Source: Pseudobdellovibrionaceae bacterium
GTDB lineage: Bacteria > Bdellovibrionota > Bdellovibrionia > Bdellovibrionales > Bdellovibrionaceae
NCBI GenBank assembly: GCA_041288045.1
Contig: JBGGMM010000058.1
Coordinates: 1-11,769, forward strand
Direction of reading: 5' to 3'
Length of the DNA: 11,769 nt
A program made the position numbers and the translations under genes. Positions 1 through 7,731 of this stretch are shown here, piece after piece; the stretch's first letter is position 1, and each line of letters starts with the position of its first letter. The notes below the pieces were generated by a model. That model saw only the letters and a program-made list of their open reading frames with translations, searched no databases and had not been told where the DNA came from.

Positions 1-290
1 TTGCGCATTTTCAGGATGTCATCGACTGTCTTTCCGGATTTTTCTGAAAGTCGAGAGGCCATGGCCATTTGCGGGTAGGTCAGGCCGCCGTCTCTCATGG
101 CTTGGATTTGCGCATCAGTCAGGTGATGTTTGCTTTTCAAAGCATCCACCCATTCAGGTTTGTCTTTCACTCTTTCCGAGAGAAGCTCTTCTTGCTCCAG
201 AGTACTGTCTTCTTGGGCGAAGCTAAGGTGAGGTGATGTCAGAGCCACCGAGAATGCCAGTAAGCCAGAGGCGATCATCCACTTTTTCAT
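1..290 (-). CDS. Secreted/periplasmic alpha-helical hypothetical protein (3' end runs off the window)
   Basis: Not in the ORF track; translated by hand from ATG at 290-288: MKKWMIASGLLAFSVALTSPHLSFAQEDSTLEQEELLSERVKDKPEWVDALKSKHHLTDAQIQAMRDGGLTYPQMAMASRLSEKSGKTVDDILKMR..., open to base 1. Sec-type signal peptide (SFA|QE). AGGAGG Shine-Dalgarno 6 nt upstream, inside the end of the preceding gene. Confidence 0.85.
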   Translation of the reverse strand, partial: MKKWMIASGLLAFSVALTSPHLSFAQEDSTLEQEELLSERVKDKPEWVDALKSKHHLTDAQIQAMRDGGLTYPQMAMASRLSEKSGKTVDDILKMR

Positions 291-1232
291 TTAGGGCCTC
301 CTATTGCCGCTTTCGAAGGGAACCGTGAGTCTGATCCAACCCTGGATCTCTTGAAAATTTTCGAATCCACTTCGAGAGGATTGTGAGTTGAGGGCTAATG
401 ATCCCGCCAACTCTGTTCTTTCAAACATTTTAGCAACAGTCCCCTGAAGTTGGAAAAGAGTTTGTGTTTCGATCTCAGTTTGAGACGTGGACACAGGTCG
501 GCCCTTTTTATTGGATATCACTGTGGATTCTGAAATTTTGCGATGGGGGTATGACGAAAATCTAGACAGAAAGTGTAAACCATATGACAGGTCCGGCTGT
601 GGATGAATTCGCCACTCTCCACCAAATTCGAGGTAATTCTTCGAATAGAGGCTCTGACTGGAAAACACTAAGCCAATCTCCGCATAAGGAGCCAAAGTCT
701 GAGTCGGTGTCAGTGTCCAATCCAAAAGCGAATTGAAAATCAAACTGTGATCCACTCGTCCTTCGAACTGGTGGAAAAATTTGATTTCATAGGTGGGCTC
801 CAGCACCACTTCCATCCGCGAATTGGGATTGAAGCTCTTCGCCAGCGAAGTCGAAAGGAAAGTGTAATTGAAAGACTCTTCCGTCGTGGCAGGACTGCCC
901 TCTGAGTAGTACTGACCACCAAGCGCATAATCCCAATCAAAGGAGCCAAGCCCCCTCACTCCTAATTCGTGAGTTTGTCCCAGACGATAAGAGAATACAT
1001 CATTCTGATGCTCTTTCAGGTAATCACGGTAATTGAGCCAGATCATCGATGTTTTGCGATTTTCAATCAACAAATTAGAACTGCGAACCCACCAAAAACC
1101 ATCGGCGTCTTTGTCGGTTTCTTCAAAATTAGCATTATTAGTAAAGCCAAGGCCGCCTTGAGGTTTCATTGTCCATTGAGCAGCAGCGGGGAGTGCGAGC
1201 GCGAGAGGAAAGAGCAGGCAGAAAATTTTCAT
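291..1232 (-). CDS. Predicted outer-membrane beta-barrel protein, function unknown (313 aa)
   Basis: ATG at 1232-1230 preferred over the track's 1241 start. Signal peptide MKIFCLLFPLALALPAAA|QW. Many alternating, aromatic-rich beta-strand-like segments (FDWDYALGGQYY, YLEFGGEWRI, LSYGLHFLSRFSSY, IQGWIRLTVPF). Barrel call is pattern-based. Confidence 0.65.
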   Translation of the reverse strand: MKIFCLLFPLALALPAAAQWTMKPQGGLGFTNNANFEETDKDADGFWWVRSSNLLIENRKTSMIWLNYRDYLKEHQNDVFSYRLGQTHELGVRGLGSFDWDYALGGQYYSEGSPATTEESFNYTFLSTSLAKSFNPNSRMEVVLEPTYEIKFFHQFEGRVDHSLIFNSLLDWTLTPTQTLAPYAEIGLVFSSQSLYSKNYLEFGGEWRIHPQPDLSYGLHFLSRFSSYPHRKISESTVISNKKGRPVSTSQTEIETQTLFQLQGTVAKMFERTELAGSLALNSQSSRSGFENFQEIQGWIRLTVPFESGNRRP

Positions 1233-1262
1233 AGACCTCAAGGGTAAATGACCTTGAGGTCT
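1233..1262 (-). promoter_or_regulatory. Perfect 11-bp inverted repeat abutting the barrel gene start codon
   Basis: Minus strand reads AGACCTCAAGG-TCATTTAC-CCTTGAGGTCT-ATG. The GAGG SD-like sequence lies in the 3' arm. The repeat is certain; its function is inferred. Confidence 0.55.
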
Positions 1263-1309
1263 CTTTCAAACCAACCCAAACCAAAGTAGAGGCTCAGGTG
1301 ATTGCCTTT

Positions 1310-1939
1310 TTAAAGTACATCCAACAGCCGCTGTTTCAGCTTGTCTGAAAATTCCTGACGATCGATCTTGCGGCCTGTGAGCTTCTCTAAGCTCACCATG
1401 GTTTCGGAATTGAATCCGCAGGGTTTCATGCCGGTGAAGGCTTGGGGGTCTTCGTCCAGGTTGATGGCGGCGCCGTGGTAGGTGATCCATTTTTTGACGC
1501 CGATTCCGAGTGAGGCGATTTTTTGTTTTCCGACCCAGACTCCGGTTTCTTCGTTGGCGTCTTCGGTGTCTGATTTTTTTTGTGGGGTCTTTCCCACAGC
1601 GTCCACAGCATAATCCCGAAGAGTGGCGATGATTGCGTCTTCTAAATTGCGTAGGTATTTGCCGATATCTTTGATTTTTAGGATGGGGTAGACCACCAAT
1701 TGGCTGGGGCCGTGGTAGGTAGCTCTTCCGCCGCGAGAAATTTCGATGATGGGGCCCTTCCAGCCAAAGACGTCGCCTGACTGGGTTTTTCTTCCCAAGG
1801 TCACAACGGCTGGATGGGTGCAGAAAATGAGAAAGCCAAAGTCTTCACTTTGGCTTTCGCTCACTTCGTTCACTTTTTCGAGCTGTTTCTCCAGGGCTTG
1901 CTGGTAGTCGATCATGCCCCAGTCGTCAAACTTAAGCAT
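1310..1939 (-). CDS. lipB: Lipoyl(octanoyl) transferase
   Basis: LipB motifs HPAVVTLGR, RGGRATYHGPSQLVVYPI, TGVWV, KIASLG, TYHGAAIN and PCG (catalytic Cys). Overlaps the lpdA stop by 8 nt (ATGCTTAA). Confidence 0.96.
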   Translation of the reverse strand: MLKFDDWGMIDYQQALEKQLEKVNEVSESQSEDFGFLIFCTHPAVVTLGRKTQSGDVFGWKGPIIEISRGGRATYHGPSQLVVYPILKIKDIGKYLRNLEDAIIATLRDYAVDAVGKTPQKKSDTEDANEETGVWVGKQKIASLGIGVKKWITYHGAAINLDEDPQAFTGMKPCGFNSETMVSLEKLTGRKIDRQEFSDKLKQRLLDVL

Positions 1940-3371
1940 GAGCGTCTTTAGAGCGGCTCAATGGTTTTTGAATGATGTGAATGGCGTGGCCCAAAGTCGC
2001 TTCTGCTGCTTCCATCATGGTTTCGCCCAAGGTTGGATGAGGATGGATGGTGAGTGCGAGGTCCTCCATTCGCGCGCCCATTTCGATCGCTAAAGCCGCT
2101 TCGCTGATCAGGTTCGAAGCTTCAGGGCCAACAATGTGGACACCCAAAAGAATTCCAGTCTTTGCGTCAGCAATCATTTTCACAAAGCCATCCGTTTCCA
2201 TCAACGAAACCGCTCGGCCATTGGCACCAAAAGGGAATTTGCCGATTTTCAGATCATTATAGCCCTTAGCTTTCGCTTCGGACTCCATCATGCCAGCAGA
2301 GGCGATTTCCGGATCTGTGAAAACAACAGCTGGAACTGTCTTCGCATCATAGACGCGATTTTTCCCAGCGATCACTTCGGCGACCAGCACGCCTTCATGC
2401 GAAGCTTTGTGGGCCAGCATGGGCTGACAGGCGATATCGCCAATGGCAAAAATAGTGGGAACATTGGTACGGCGTTGAGCATCGACTTTGACAAAGCCTT
2501 TGTCATCAATTTGCAAACCAGCAGCTTTGAGGTTGGCTTGATCAGAATTTGGTTTTCTTCCGACTGTCACTAGAATCTTATCAGCTTTCAGAGTCTGCTC
2601 TTTGCCACCCACTTCAATGGTTACTTCAAAACCATTGCCAGCTTTCTTTTGGCCCTTTGCTTTCGCACTTGTGAGAATTTCAACACCTTGTTTTGAAAGT
2701 TTTCTTGCAACGATCTGTGCGCACTCAGGATCCACCACACCATTGAGCACAGCCGGCGATGCTTCCACCACAGTGACTTTGGTTCCAAGCTTGGAGAGAT
2801 ATCCACTGATTTCAAGGCCAATGTAACCACCACCAATGACCACCATCGTTTTCGGAATTTCATCTAGGGCGAGTGCGCCTGTCGAAGACAGGATTCCAGT
2901 TTCATCAAATTTAAATCCAGGAATTTCAATTGGTCTTGAGCCTGTGGCCAAAATAAAATTTTTGGCTGTCACAGACTCGGTGCCCGTTTTTGATTTCACT
3001 GAAAGTTCAGTTTTCGATTTGAATTCGGCTTCACCCAATAGCACAGTCACGCCATTGCCTTTGAGCAGTTGGCCTACACCACCAGACATTTTGCCGGACA
3101 CAGATTCTTTCCAGCCTTTTAGTTTTTTCATATCCACACTGATGTCTTTGATCTGAATTCCCATAGTGGCTGCATCGTGCTGAGCCTTGTGCAAAAAGTG
3201 AGTGGCTGAAATCATGGCCTTTGAGGGGATGCAACCCACATTCAAGCAAACGCCGCCCAGAAATTCTCTTTCAACAACAGCTGTTTTCAATCCCAATTGG
3301 GCTGAGCGGATTGCCGCCACGTAACCGCCAGGTCCTGCGCCAATTACCACCACATCAAAATTTTGCGCCAT
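1932..3371 (-). CDS. lpdA: Dihydrolipoyl dehydrogenase (E3)
   Basis: FAD-binding GAGPGG, redox disulfide GGVCLNVGCIPSK, NAD-binding GGGYIG, C-terminal HPHPTLGE. GGAG SD upstream. Confidence 0.97.
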   Translation of the reverse strand: MAQNFDVVVIGAGPGGYVAAIRSAQLGLKTAVVEREFLGGVCLNVGCIPSKAMISATHFLHKAQHDAATMGIQIKDISVDMKKLKGWKESVSGKMSGGVGQLLKGNGVTVLLGEAEFKSKTELSVKSKTGTESVTAKNFILATGSRPIEIPGFKFDETGILSSTGALALDEIPKTMVVIGGGYIGLEISGYLSKLGTKVTVVEASPAVLNGVVDPECAQIVARKLSKQGVEILTSAKAKGQKKAGNGFEVTIEVGGKEQTLKADKILVTVGRKPNSDQANLKAAGLQIDDKGFVKVDAQRRTNVPTIFAIGDIACQPMLAHKASHEGVLVAEVIAGKNRVYDAKTVPAVVFTDPEIASAGMMESEAKAKGYNDLKIGKFPFGANGRAVSLMETDGFVKMIADAKTGILLGVHIVGPEASNLISEAALAIEMGARMEDLALTIHPHPTLGETMMEAAEATLGHAIHIIQKPLSRSKDAHA

Positions 3372-3387
3372 AAAAACTCCTTCAGTC

Positions 3388-3825
3388 TTATTTAAAGAAA
3401 AGGGGTAAAATCAATTTCACCACGTAATACAAAAGTGCGCAGAAAAGCAGGGCGGCCAAACCCCGGGCCACGACTCTTTGCAATCTCTTTTGCTCTTGCG
3501 AATCTTTGACGACTTCGGTGACGTCAGCTTCTAGCTCTTGCGGTTTTTCCTCTTGAGTGACGGCCATTCCGTAAGTGTCAAAGAGAGCTTTGTTCCGATT
3601 GAAATCGGCAGTCTTCATTCGCAAATAGAAAATCTGCCCAAGATAGGGCTCAAGCCGGTATTCAGCCTTCATCACCACATTGTGGTAATTTTCTTTCATT
3701 TCGGCTTTTTCCTGAGCTTCATCTTTGAGGATCTCAAAGGAAGTCCCCTGCCTTTTTAATTTTTCGCAGACCTCCTCAATTTCTTGAGGAGTGAAGGGAC
3801 CGACTTCGAGAGTTTCTTCTGTCAT
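3388..3825 (-). CDS. Hypothetical protein with a single C-terminal transmembrane helix
   Basis: 145-aa ORF filling the gap between E2 and E3 on the same strand (6 nt and 16 nt spacers). Acidic soluble region, then hydrophobic GLAALLFCALLYYVVKLILPLFF at the C-terminus. Confidence 0.8.
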   Translation of the reverse strand: MTEETLEVGPFTPQEIEEVCEKLKRQGTSFEILKDEAQEKAEMKENYHNVVMKAEYRLEPYLGQIFYLRMKTADFNRNKALFDTYGMAVTQEEKPQELEADVTEVVKDSQEQKRLQRVVARGLAALLFCALLYYVVKLILPLFFK

Positions 3826-3831
3826 AGAATT

Positions 3832-5169
3832 TTACATCATATCCAGCATCATCATGCCGGGCTTTTGAATTTTAGAAAGAAAGAGCTTCAGAAAGTTCGC
3901 AGCCACAGCCCCATCAATCAAGCGATGATCAGCAGTGACTGTGAAATTCATCGCTTTCACCACATCCACTTTGCCGCCAGCACCCATCACCAGCTTGTCA
4001 GTGATCTTGTACATGCCAAGAATCGCTACTTCGGGGTGATTGATGATCGGAGTCGCATAAGTGCCACCCACTGAGCCAATATTAGTGATCGTGATGGTCG
4101 CGCCCTTCATTTCATCAGGCTTCAATTTGCCATCACGAGCCCGCTTCGAGAGATCCAAAATCTCTTGAGAGATTTCAAGCAAAGTTTTCTGATCGGCATT
4201 CTTGATCACAGGGACAACCAAGCCATTGGGTGTGTCCGCTGCAAAACCAACATTGAAATATTTTTTGTAAACAATTTCCTGAGCAGCATCATCAATGCTG
4301 GCATTGAACATCGGAAACTGCCGGCAAGTGGCAATCAGAGCTTTCATCACGAAAGGCAAATAAGTGATCTTCGTGTTGTTTTTTTCAGCGAAGTCTTTCA
4401 AAGATTCACGCAATTGAACAAGCTCAGTCACTTCCGCTTCATCCATCAAAGTGAAATGCGGAATGATGTGTTTCGCCATTTGCATGTTCTCCGCAATTTT
4501 CTTGCGGATCCCACGAATGGCCACTCGCTCTTCAGCTGCACCCGCAGGTCCTTGATACCCAGGACGAGGGAAAGCAGGAGCTTTCATCGGTGTGGTGTTG
4601 CTATAAGTTTCAAGCCCACCAGAGCCATTGCCTTTGGTCATCACATCTTCACGGGTCACTCGGCCCGCCAGACCTGAACCTGTGAGGTTGTTGATGTCCA
4701 CATTCATTTCACGAGCCAGTCTTCGAGTTGAAGGAGTGGCTAATACTTTTGAATCAGCAGCGGGTGGATAGTAGCTCGCACCAGCTGCAACGCCTTCATG
4801 CATGCTGGGTGGAACGCCAGCGCTAGCACCTGCCGGTGGAGCTGGTTTTGAAGTCGTCACCGTTTGCACAGGAGCGGCTGCTGGTTTTGCTGCAGGAGCT
4901 GGGGCATTCGTCGTTGCAGTTGCAGCCGCGCCACCAGCTTCGAGAGTCAGCAGGACTTTTTCAACAGCGATCACATCGCCCACTTTGAATTTTAAATCTT
5001 TCACCACGCCACCCACAGGGGTTGGAACTTCGACGGTGGCTTTATCGGTCATCACTTCGGCAACCGGTTGATCGGGTTTGACAGTGTCGCCGGGTTTGAC
5101 CAACCATTTGACCAATTCACCTTCAGTAACACCTTCACCTAATTCTGGAAGCTTCACTTCAGTTGCCAT
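3832..5169 (-). CDS. pdhC: 2-oxoacid dehydrogenase E2 (dihydrolipoamide acyltransferase; PdhC-like, substrate specificity not certain)
   Basis: Single lipoyl domain (LPELGEGVTEG...MTDKA with the lipoyl Lys), Ala/Pro linker, peripheral-subunit-binding domain (LATPSTRRLARE...GSGLAGRV), catalytic DHRLIDG. AGGAGA SD. Start overlaps the lipA end by 11 nt. Confidence 0.92.
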   Translation of the reverse strand: MATEVKLPELGEGVTEGELVKWLVKPGDTVKPDQPVAEVMTDKATVEVPTPVGGVVKDLKFKVGDVIAVEKVLLTLEAGGAAATATTNAPAPAAKPAAAPVQTVTTSKPAPPAGASAGVPPSMHEGVAAGASYYPPAADSKVLATPSTRRLAREMNVDINNLTGSGLAGRVTREDVMTKGNGSGGLETYSNTTPMKAPAFPRPGYQGPAGAAEERVAIRGIRKKIAENMQMAKHIIPHFTLMDEAEVTELVQLRESLKDFAEKNNTKITYLPFVMKALIATCRQFPMFNASIDDAAQEIVYKKYFNVGFAADTPNGLVVPVIKNADQKTLLEISQEILDLSKRARDGKLKPDEMKGATITITNIGSVGGTYATPIINHPEVAILGMYKITDKLVMGAGGKVDVVKAMNFTVTADHRLIDGAVAANFLKLFLSKIQKPGMMMLDMM

Positions 5170-6112
5170 GTGATTCGTTCTCCTTTTGCTGATTCAAAGT
5201 TTCCAACTCTTTTCGACGTTTTTCAATCACGCCTTTCATAAAGAATTCTCCAGCCCGGTAAGAGCTGCGAACCAAAGGACCTGACGCGACATACAGAAAG
5301 CCCATGCCCTCTGCCACGCTTTGCCATTCTTTGAATTTTTCAGGCGTCACATAAGATTCGACTTTCAAATGGCGGGGAGTGGGCTGCAAATACTGACCAA
5401 AAGTGACCACATCGCAATCAATGCTTCGAAGGTCTTTGAGAGTTTGCAAAATCTCTTCATCGGTTTCACTGAGACCCAACATCAAAGAAGTTTTTGTGTA
5501 GCGAGTGGGATCATGCTTTTTCACTGTCTCAAGCACACCCAAAGACTGTCTGTAGTTGGCGCGAGGATCTCTCACTTTTTTCTGCAATCGCTCCACTGTT
5601 TCCACATTGTGAGCGAAAACATCGGGACCTGAATCCGTCAGCTGGGTGATCAAATCCACTTGGCCTCGGAAGTCCGGAGTCAAAATCTCGACAATCAATT
5701 CGGGATCCAATTTTTTAATCGTGCGAATGGTGCGAGCAAAATGTCCAGCTCCTTGATCAGGCAGATCATCACGGTCCACAGAAGTGATGACCACGTAGCG
5801 AAGATTCATTTGCGAAATCGAGTAGCCCACTTTTTCTGGCTCCAAAGGATCGAGAACGCCTTTGGGGTTTCCAGTCTTGATATGACAAAACTTGCAACCG
5901 CGAGTGCAGACTTCACCCATCAACATGAAAGTGGCTGTCCCGCCGCTCCAGCATTCACCCATATTCGGGCACTTGGCTTCTTGGCAGACTGTCGCTAACT
6001 TCAAATCCCCCAACATGCCTTTGATACGGGCATAGTTTTCACCGGAAGGAGCGCGGACTTTGAGCCATTCTGGCTTGGTCAAACGAGGCTTTTGCAAAGC
6101 GTCAGCAGACAT
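5159..6112 (-). CDS. lipA: Lipoyl synthase (radical SAM), 317 aa
   Basis: KPEWLK, auxiliary-cluster CQEAKCPNMGEC (CX4CX5C), radical-SAM CTRGCKFC, ITSVDRDDL, HNVETV, GQYLQPT, RSSY. Start moved to ATG 6112-6110 (MSADALQK, AAGGA SD), because the track's 6208 start would overlap sfsA. Confidence 0.97.
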   Translation of the reverse strand: MSADALQKPRLTKPEWLKVRAPSGENYARIKGMLGDLKLATVCQEAKCPNMGECWSGGTATFMLMGEVCTRGCKFCHIKTGNPKGVLDPLEPEKVGYSISQMNLRYVVITSVDRDDLPDQGAGHFARTIRTIKKLDPELIVEILTPDFRGQVDLITQLTDSGPDVFAHNVETVERLQKKVRDPRANYRQSLGVLETVKKHDPTRYTKTSLMLGLSETDEEILQTLKDLRSIDCDVVTFGQYLQPTPRHLKVESYVTPEKFKEWQSVAEGMGFLYVASGPLVRSSYRAGEFFMKGVIEKRRKELETLNQQKENESHGN

Positions 6113-6167
6113 GAAAATTCCTTTGAAAGATGAAGTTCGTTTGTAAGCCTGATAGAGGGGAAAGTCT

Positions 6168-6893
6168 ATGAAATTCAAAACCAGGGTCCATGAGGGAATC
6201 TTCCTCAAACGCTATAAACGCTTCTTTGCCGATGTGAAGCTGGGAGAGGAAACTGTCGTCGCTCATGTCGCCAATACCGGAAGCCTGAAATCTGCCGCCG
6301 AGGCCGGATCCCTCTGCCTTTTGACCGAAGCCGAAAATCCCGAACGCAAGCTCAAGTACACTTTAGAAGCCATTCAAACCCCCGGTGGGGCCTGGGTCGG
6401 CGTCAACACCAGCTGGCCCAATCAGTTGGTGAAAGAGGCTTTCGAAACCAAAGCTTTTTCTCATTGGAAGGATTTTGATCTTTTCAAAGGCGAAGTGAAA
6501 TTATCCGCTGAAACCCGCTTGGATTTGGTTTTGAGTTCCAGCCGGCACGACAAAAAACATTTCGTCGAAGTGAAAAATGTCACCATGGCCTCTGGCGAGC
6601 TGGCAGTTCAAAAGGGAAATGCGCATTTCCCTGACGCTGTCACTGAACGAGGACAAAAACACTTGCGTGAATTGATGAAGCTTGTGAGCGAAGGCCATTC
6701 GGCCGAAATTTTCTTCACAGTGCAAAGAAATGATTGTCATGTGTTTTCGCCCGCCGATGAAATCGACCCCATTTACGGACAGCTTCTGCGAGAAGCGGTG
6801 AAGGCCGGAGTTCGAGTGACAGCTGCGCAAGTGGAAATTTCCAAGCAAGGGCTTTTTCTCAACGGACGGACTCTGGAATTAAACCTCTCGTGA
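6168..6893 (+). CDS. sfsA: DNA/RNA nuclease SfsA (sugar fermentation stimulation protein)
   Basis: SfsA signatures KRYKRFFADV, HVANTGSL, VGVNT, EVKNVT, FPDAVTERGQKHLREL, FSPADEIDP. GAGGGG SD upstream. Confidence 0.94.
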   Translation: MKFKTRVHEGIFLKRYKRFFADVKLGEETVVAHVANTGSLKSAAEAGSLCLLTEAENPERKLKYTLEAIQTPGGAWVGVNTSWPNQLVKEAFETKAFSHWKDFDLFKGEVKLSAETRLDLVLSSSRHDKKHFVEVKNVTMASGELAVQKGNAHFPDAVTERGQKHLRELMKLVSEGHSAEIFFTVQRNDCHVFSPADEIDPIYGQLLREAVKAGVRVTAAQVEISKQGLFLNGRTLELNLS

Positions 6894-6909
6894 TTAAGGC
6901 AATACCACT

Positions 6910-7599
6910 ATGACAATTCATTCCAAGCCGCCGCTTTCAACTCAGTTTGAAAAGGCCGACGTCGAGATTCAGCTTCCGATGACCTATTTGCATTTCAATC
7001 CGGGCAAAGACAAACCTTTGCTCCTTCTGTTTCATGGATACGAAGACACCGCGGCTGGGGTTTTGCGCCGGACTTTGACAGGGGCTGAGCATTATTCAAA
7101 ATTTGAAATTCTTGCGCCCAATGGGCTTTTTCCTCTCCCAGTTCGAATCGAGCAGGGATGGAAACAGAGCTTTGCTTGGTATTTTTCTGATTTTGCTCGC
7201 AAGCATGTTTTGATTCCGCCAACAGTTGCAGCTTTGGCAGTTGCTCGATTGCTGCAGCAATTGGGATTGGAAAAAAGAGAAAAACTGTTGATTGGATTCT
7301 CTCAAGGTGGATTCTTTCTGCCTTTCTTGCTTCCGCATGTGAAAAACATCAAAAAACTCATTGCCGTTGGCGCTGGTTACCGAGAGGAAGATTACCCAGC
7401 CCACTTACCTATCCCCTTGGATGCTTTGCATGGGGAGACGGATCAGATCATTCCGCTGGAAAAAGCGAAAGAAGGCTTTCAAAAATTAAAAATAAAAAAT
7501 CCTCAGGGGCAGTTTTACTCTTTTGCGGGTCTCGGTCATAGCATGAATGCTGAATCTCGGGCATATTTGAAAAAAATCATTCTTGGAGCCTTTCCATGA
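6910..7599 (+). CDS. Alpha/beta hydrolase (phospholipase/carboxylesterase-like)
   Basis: LLLLFHGY, nucleophile elbow GFSQGG, HGETDQIIP (Asp) and GLGHSM (His): a complete Ser-Asp-His triad. Confidence 0.9.
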   Translation: MTIHSKPPLSTQFEKADVEIQLPMTYLHFNPGKDKPLLLLFHGYEDTAAGVLRRTLTGAEHYSKFEILAPNGLFPLPVRIEQGWKQSFAWYFSDFARKHVLIPPTVAALAVARLLQQLGLEKREKLLIGFSQGGFFLPFLLPHVKNIKKLIAVGAGYREEDYPAHLPIPLDALHGETDQIIPLEKAKEGFQKLKIKNPQGQFYSFAGLGHSMNAESRAYLKKIILGAFP

Positions 7600-7676
7600 A
7601 CCTCAAAGAAAAACAAAAAGCTCGATCCAAGGAAAAAATTCTGCAAGCAGCGGCTGTTTCAAGAGCTGGAAAATAA
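7596..7676 (+). pseudogene. Putative remnant of a TetR-family regulator gene (26 codons)
   Basis: ATGA overlap with the hydrolase stop, GGAG SD at 7585-7588. Translation MNLKEKQKARSKEKILQAAAVSRAGK*, resembling TetR helix 1 (R/K-x-x-IL-x-AA). A shifted frame continues RLFQEL, matching the usual following 'xLFxExG'. Confidence 0.5.
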
Positions 7677-7704
7677 AAACGCCCGGGGGATCCCAGGCGT
7701 TTTT
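7675..7704. terminator. Bidirectional intrinsic terminator between the convergent hydrolase and dsbA-like genes
   Basis: AAAAACGCCCGGG-GGAT-CCCAGGCGTTTTT. On the minus strand the stem is fully paired with one U-G wobble and is followed by UUUUUAUUUU. T-tracts are present in both directions. Confidence 0.85.
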
Positions 7705-7731
7705 CGAAATCAATTTTTAATTGTGTCAGAA

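Noticed and set aside
285..296. Stop-codon read-through fusing the barrel to the downstream in-frame protein
   Set aside because: TAA is a poor read-through codon, and the second ORF has its own SD and signal peptide.
1267..1285. CAAACCAACCCAAACCAAA tract, similar to CAAACCCAAAC at 8541-8551
   Set aside because: Low-complexity and only two loose copies; chance similarity cannot be excluded.
4790..4945. GCT/GCA/CCA-rich quasi-repeats
   Set aside because: They encode the ordinary Ala/Pro flexible linker of E2.
2047..5998. Multiple plus-strand ORFs (e.g. 2136-2573, 4165-4677, 5660-5998) opposite lpdA, E2 and lipA
   Set aside because: Antisense shadows of well-conserved genes, with no recognisable motifs or convincing RBS.
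6113..6208. N-terminal extension of LipA in the ORF track
   Set aside because: Would overlap the sfsA start head to head; the ATG at 6112 has an SD and gives a normal LipA N-terminus.
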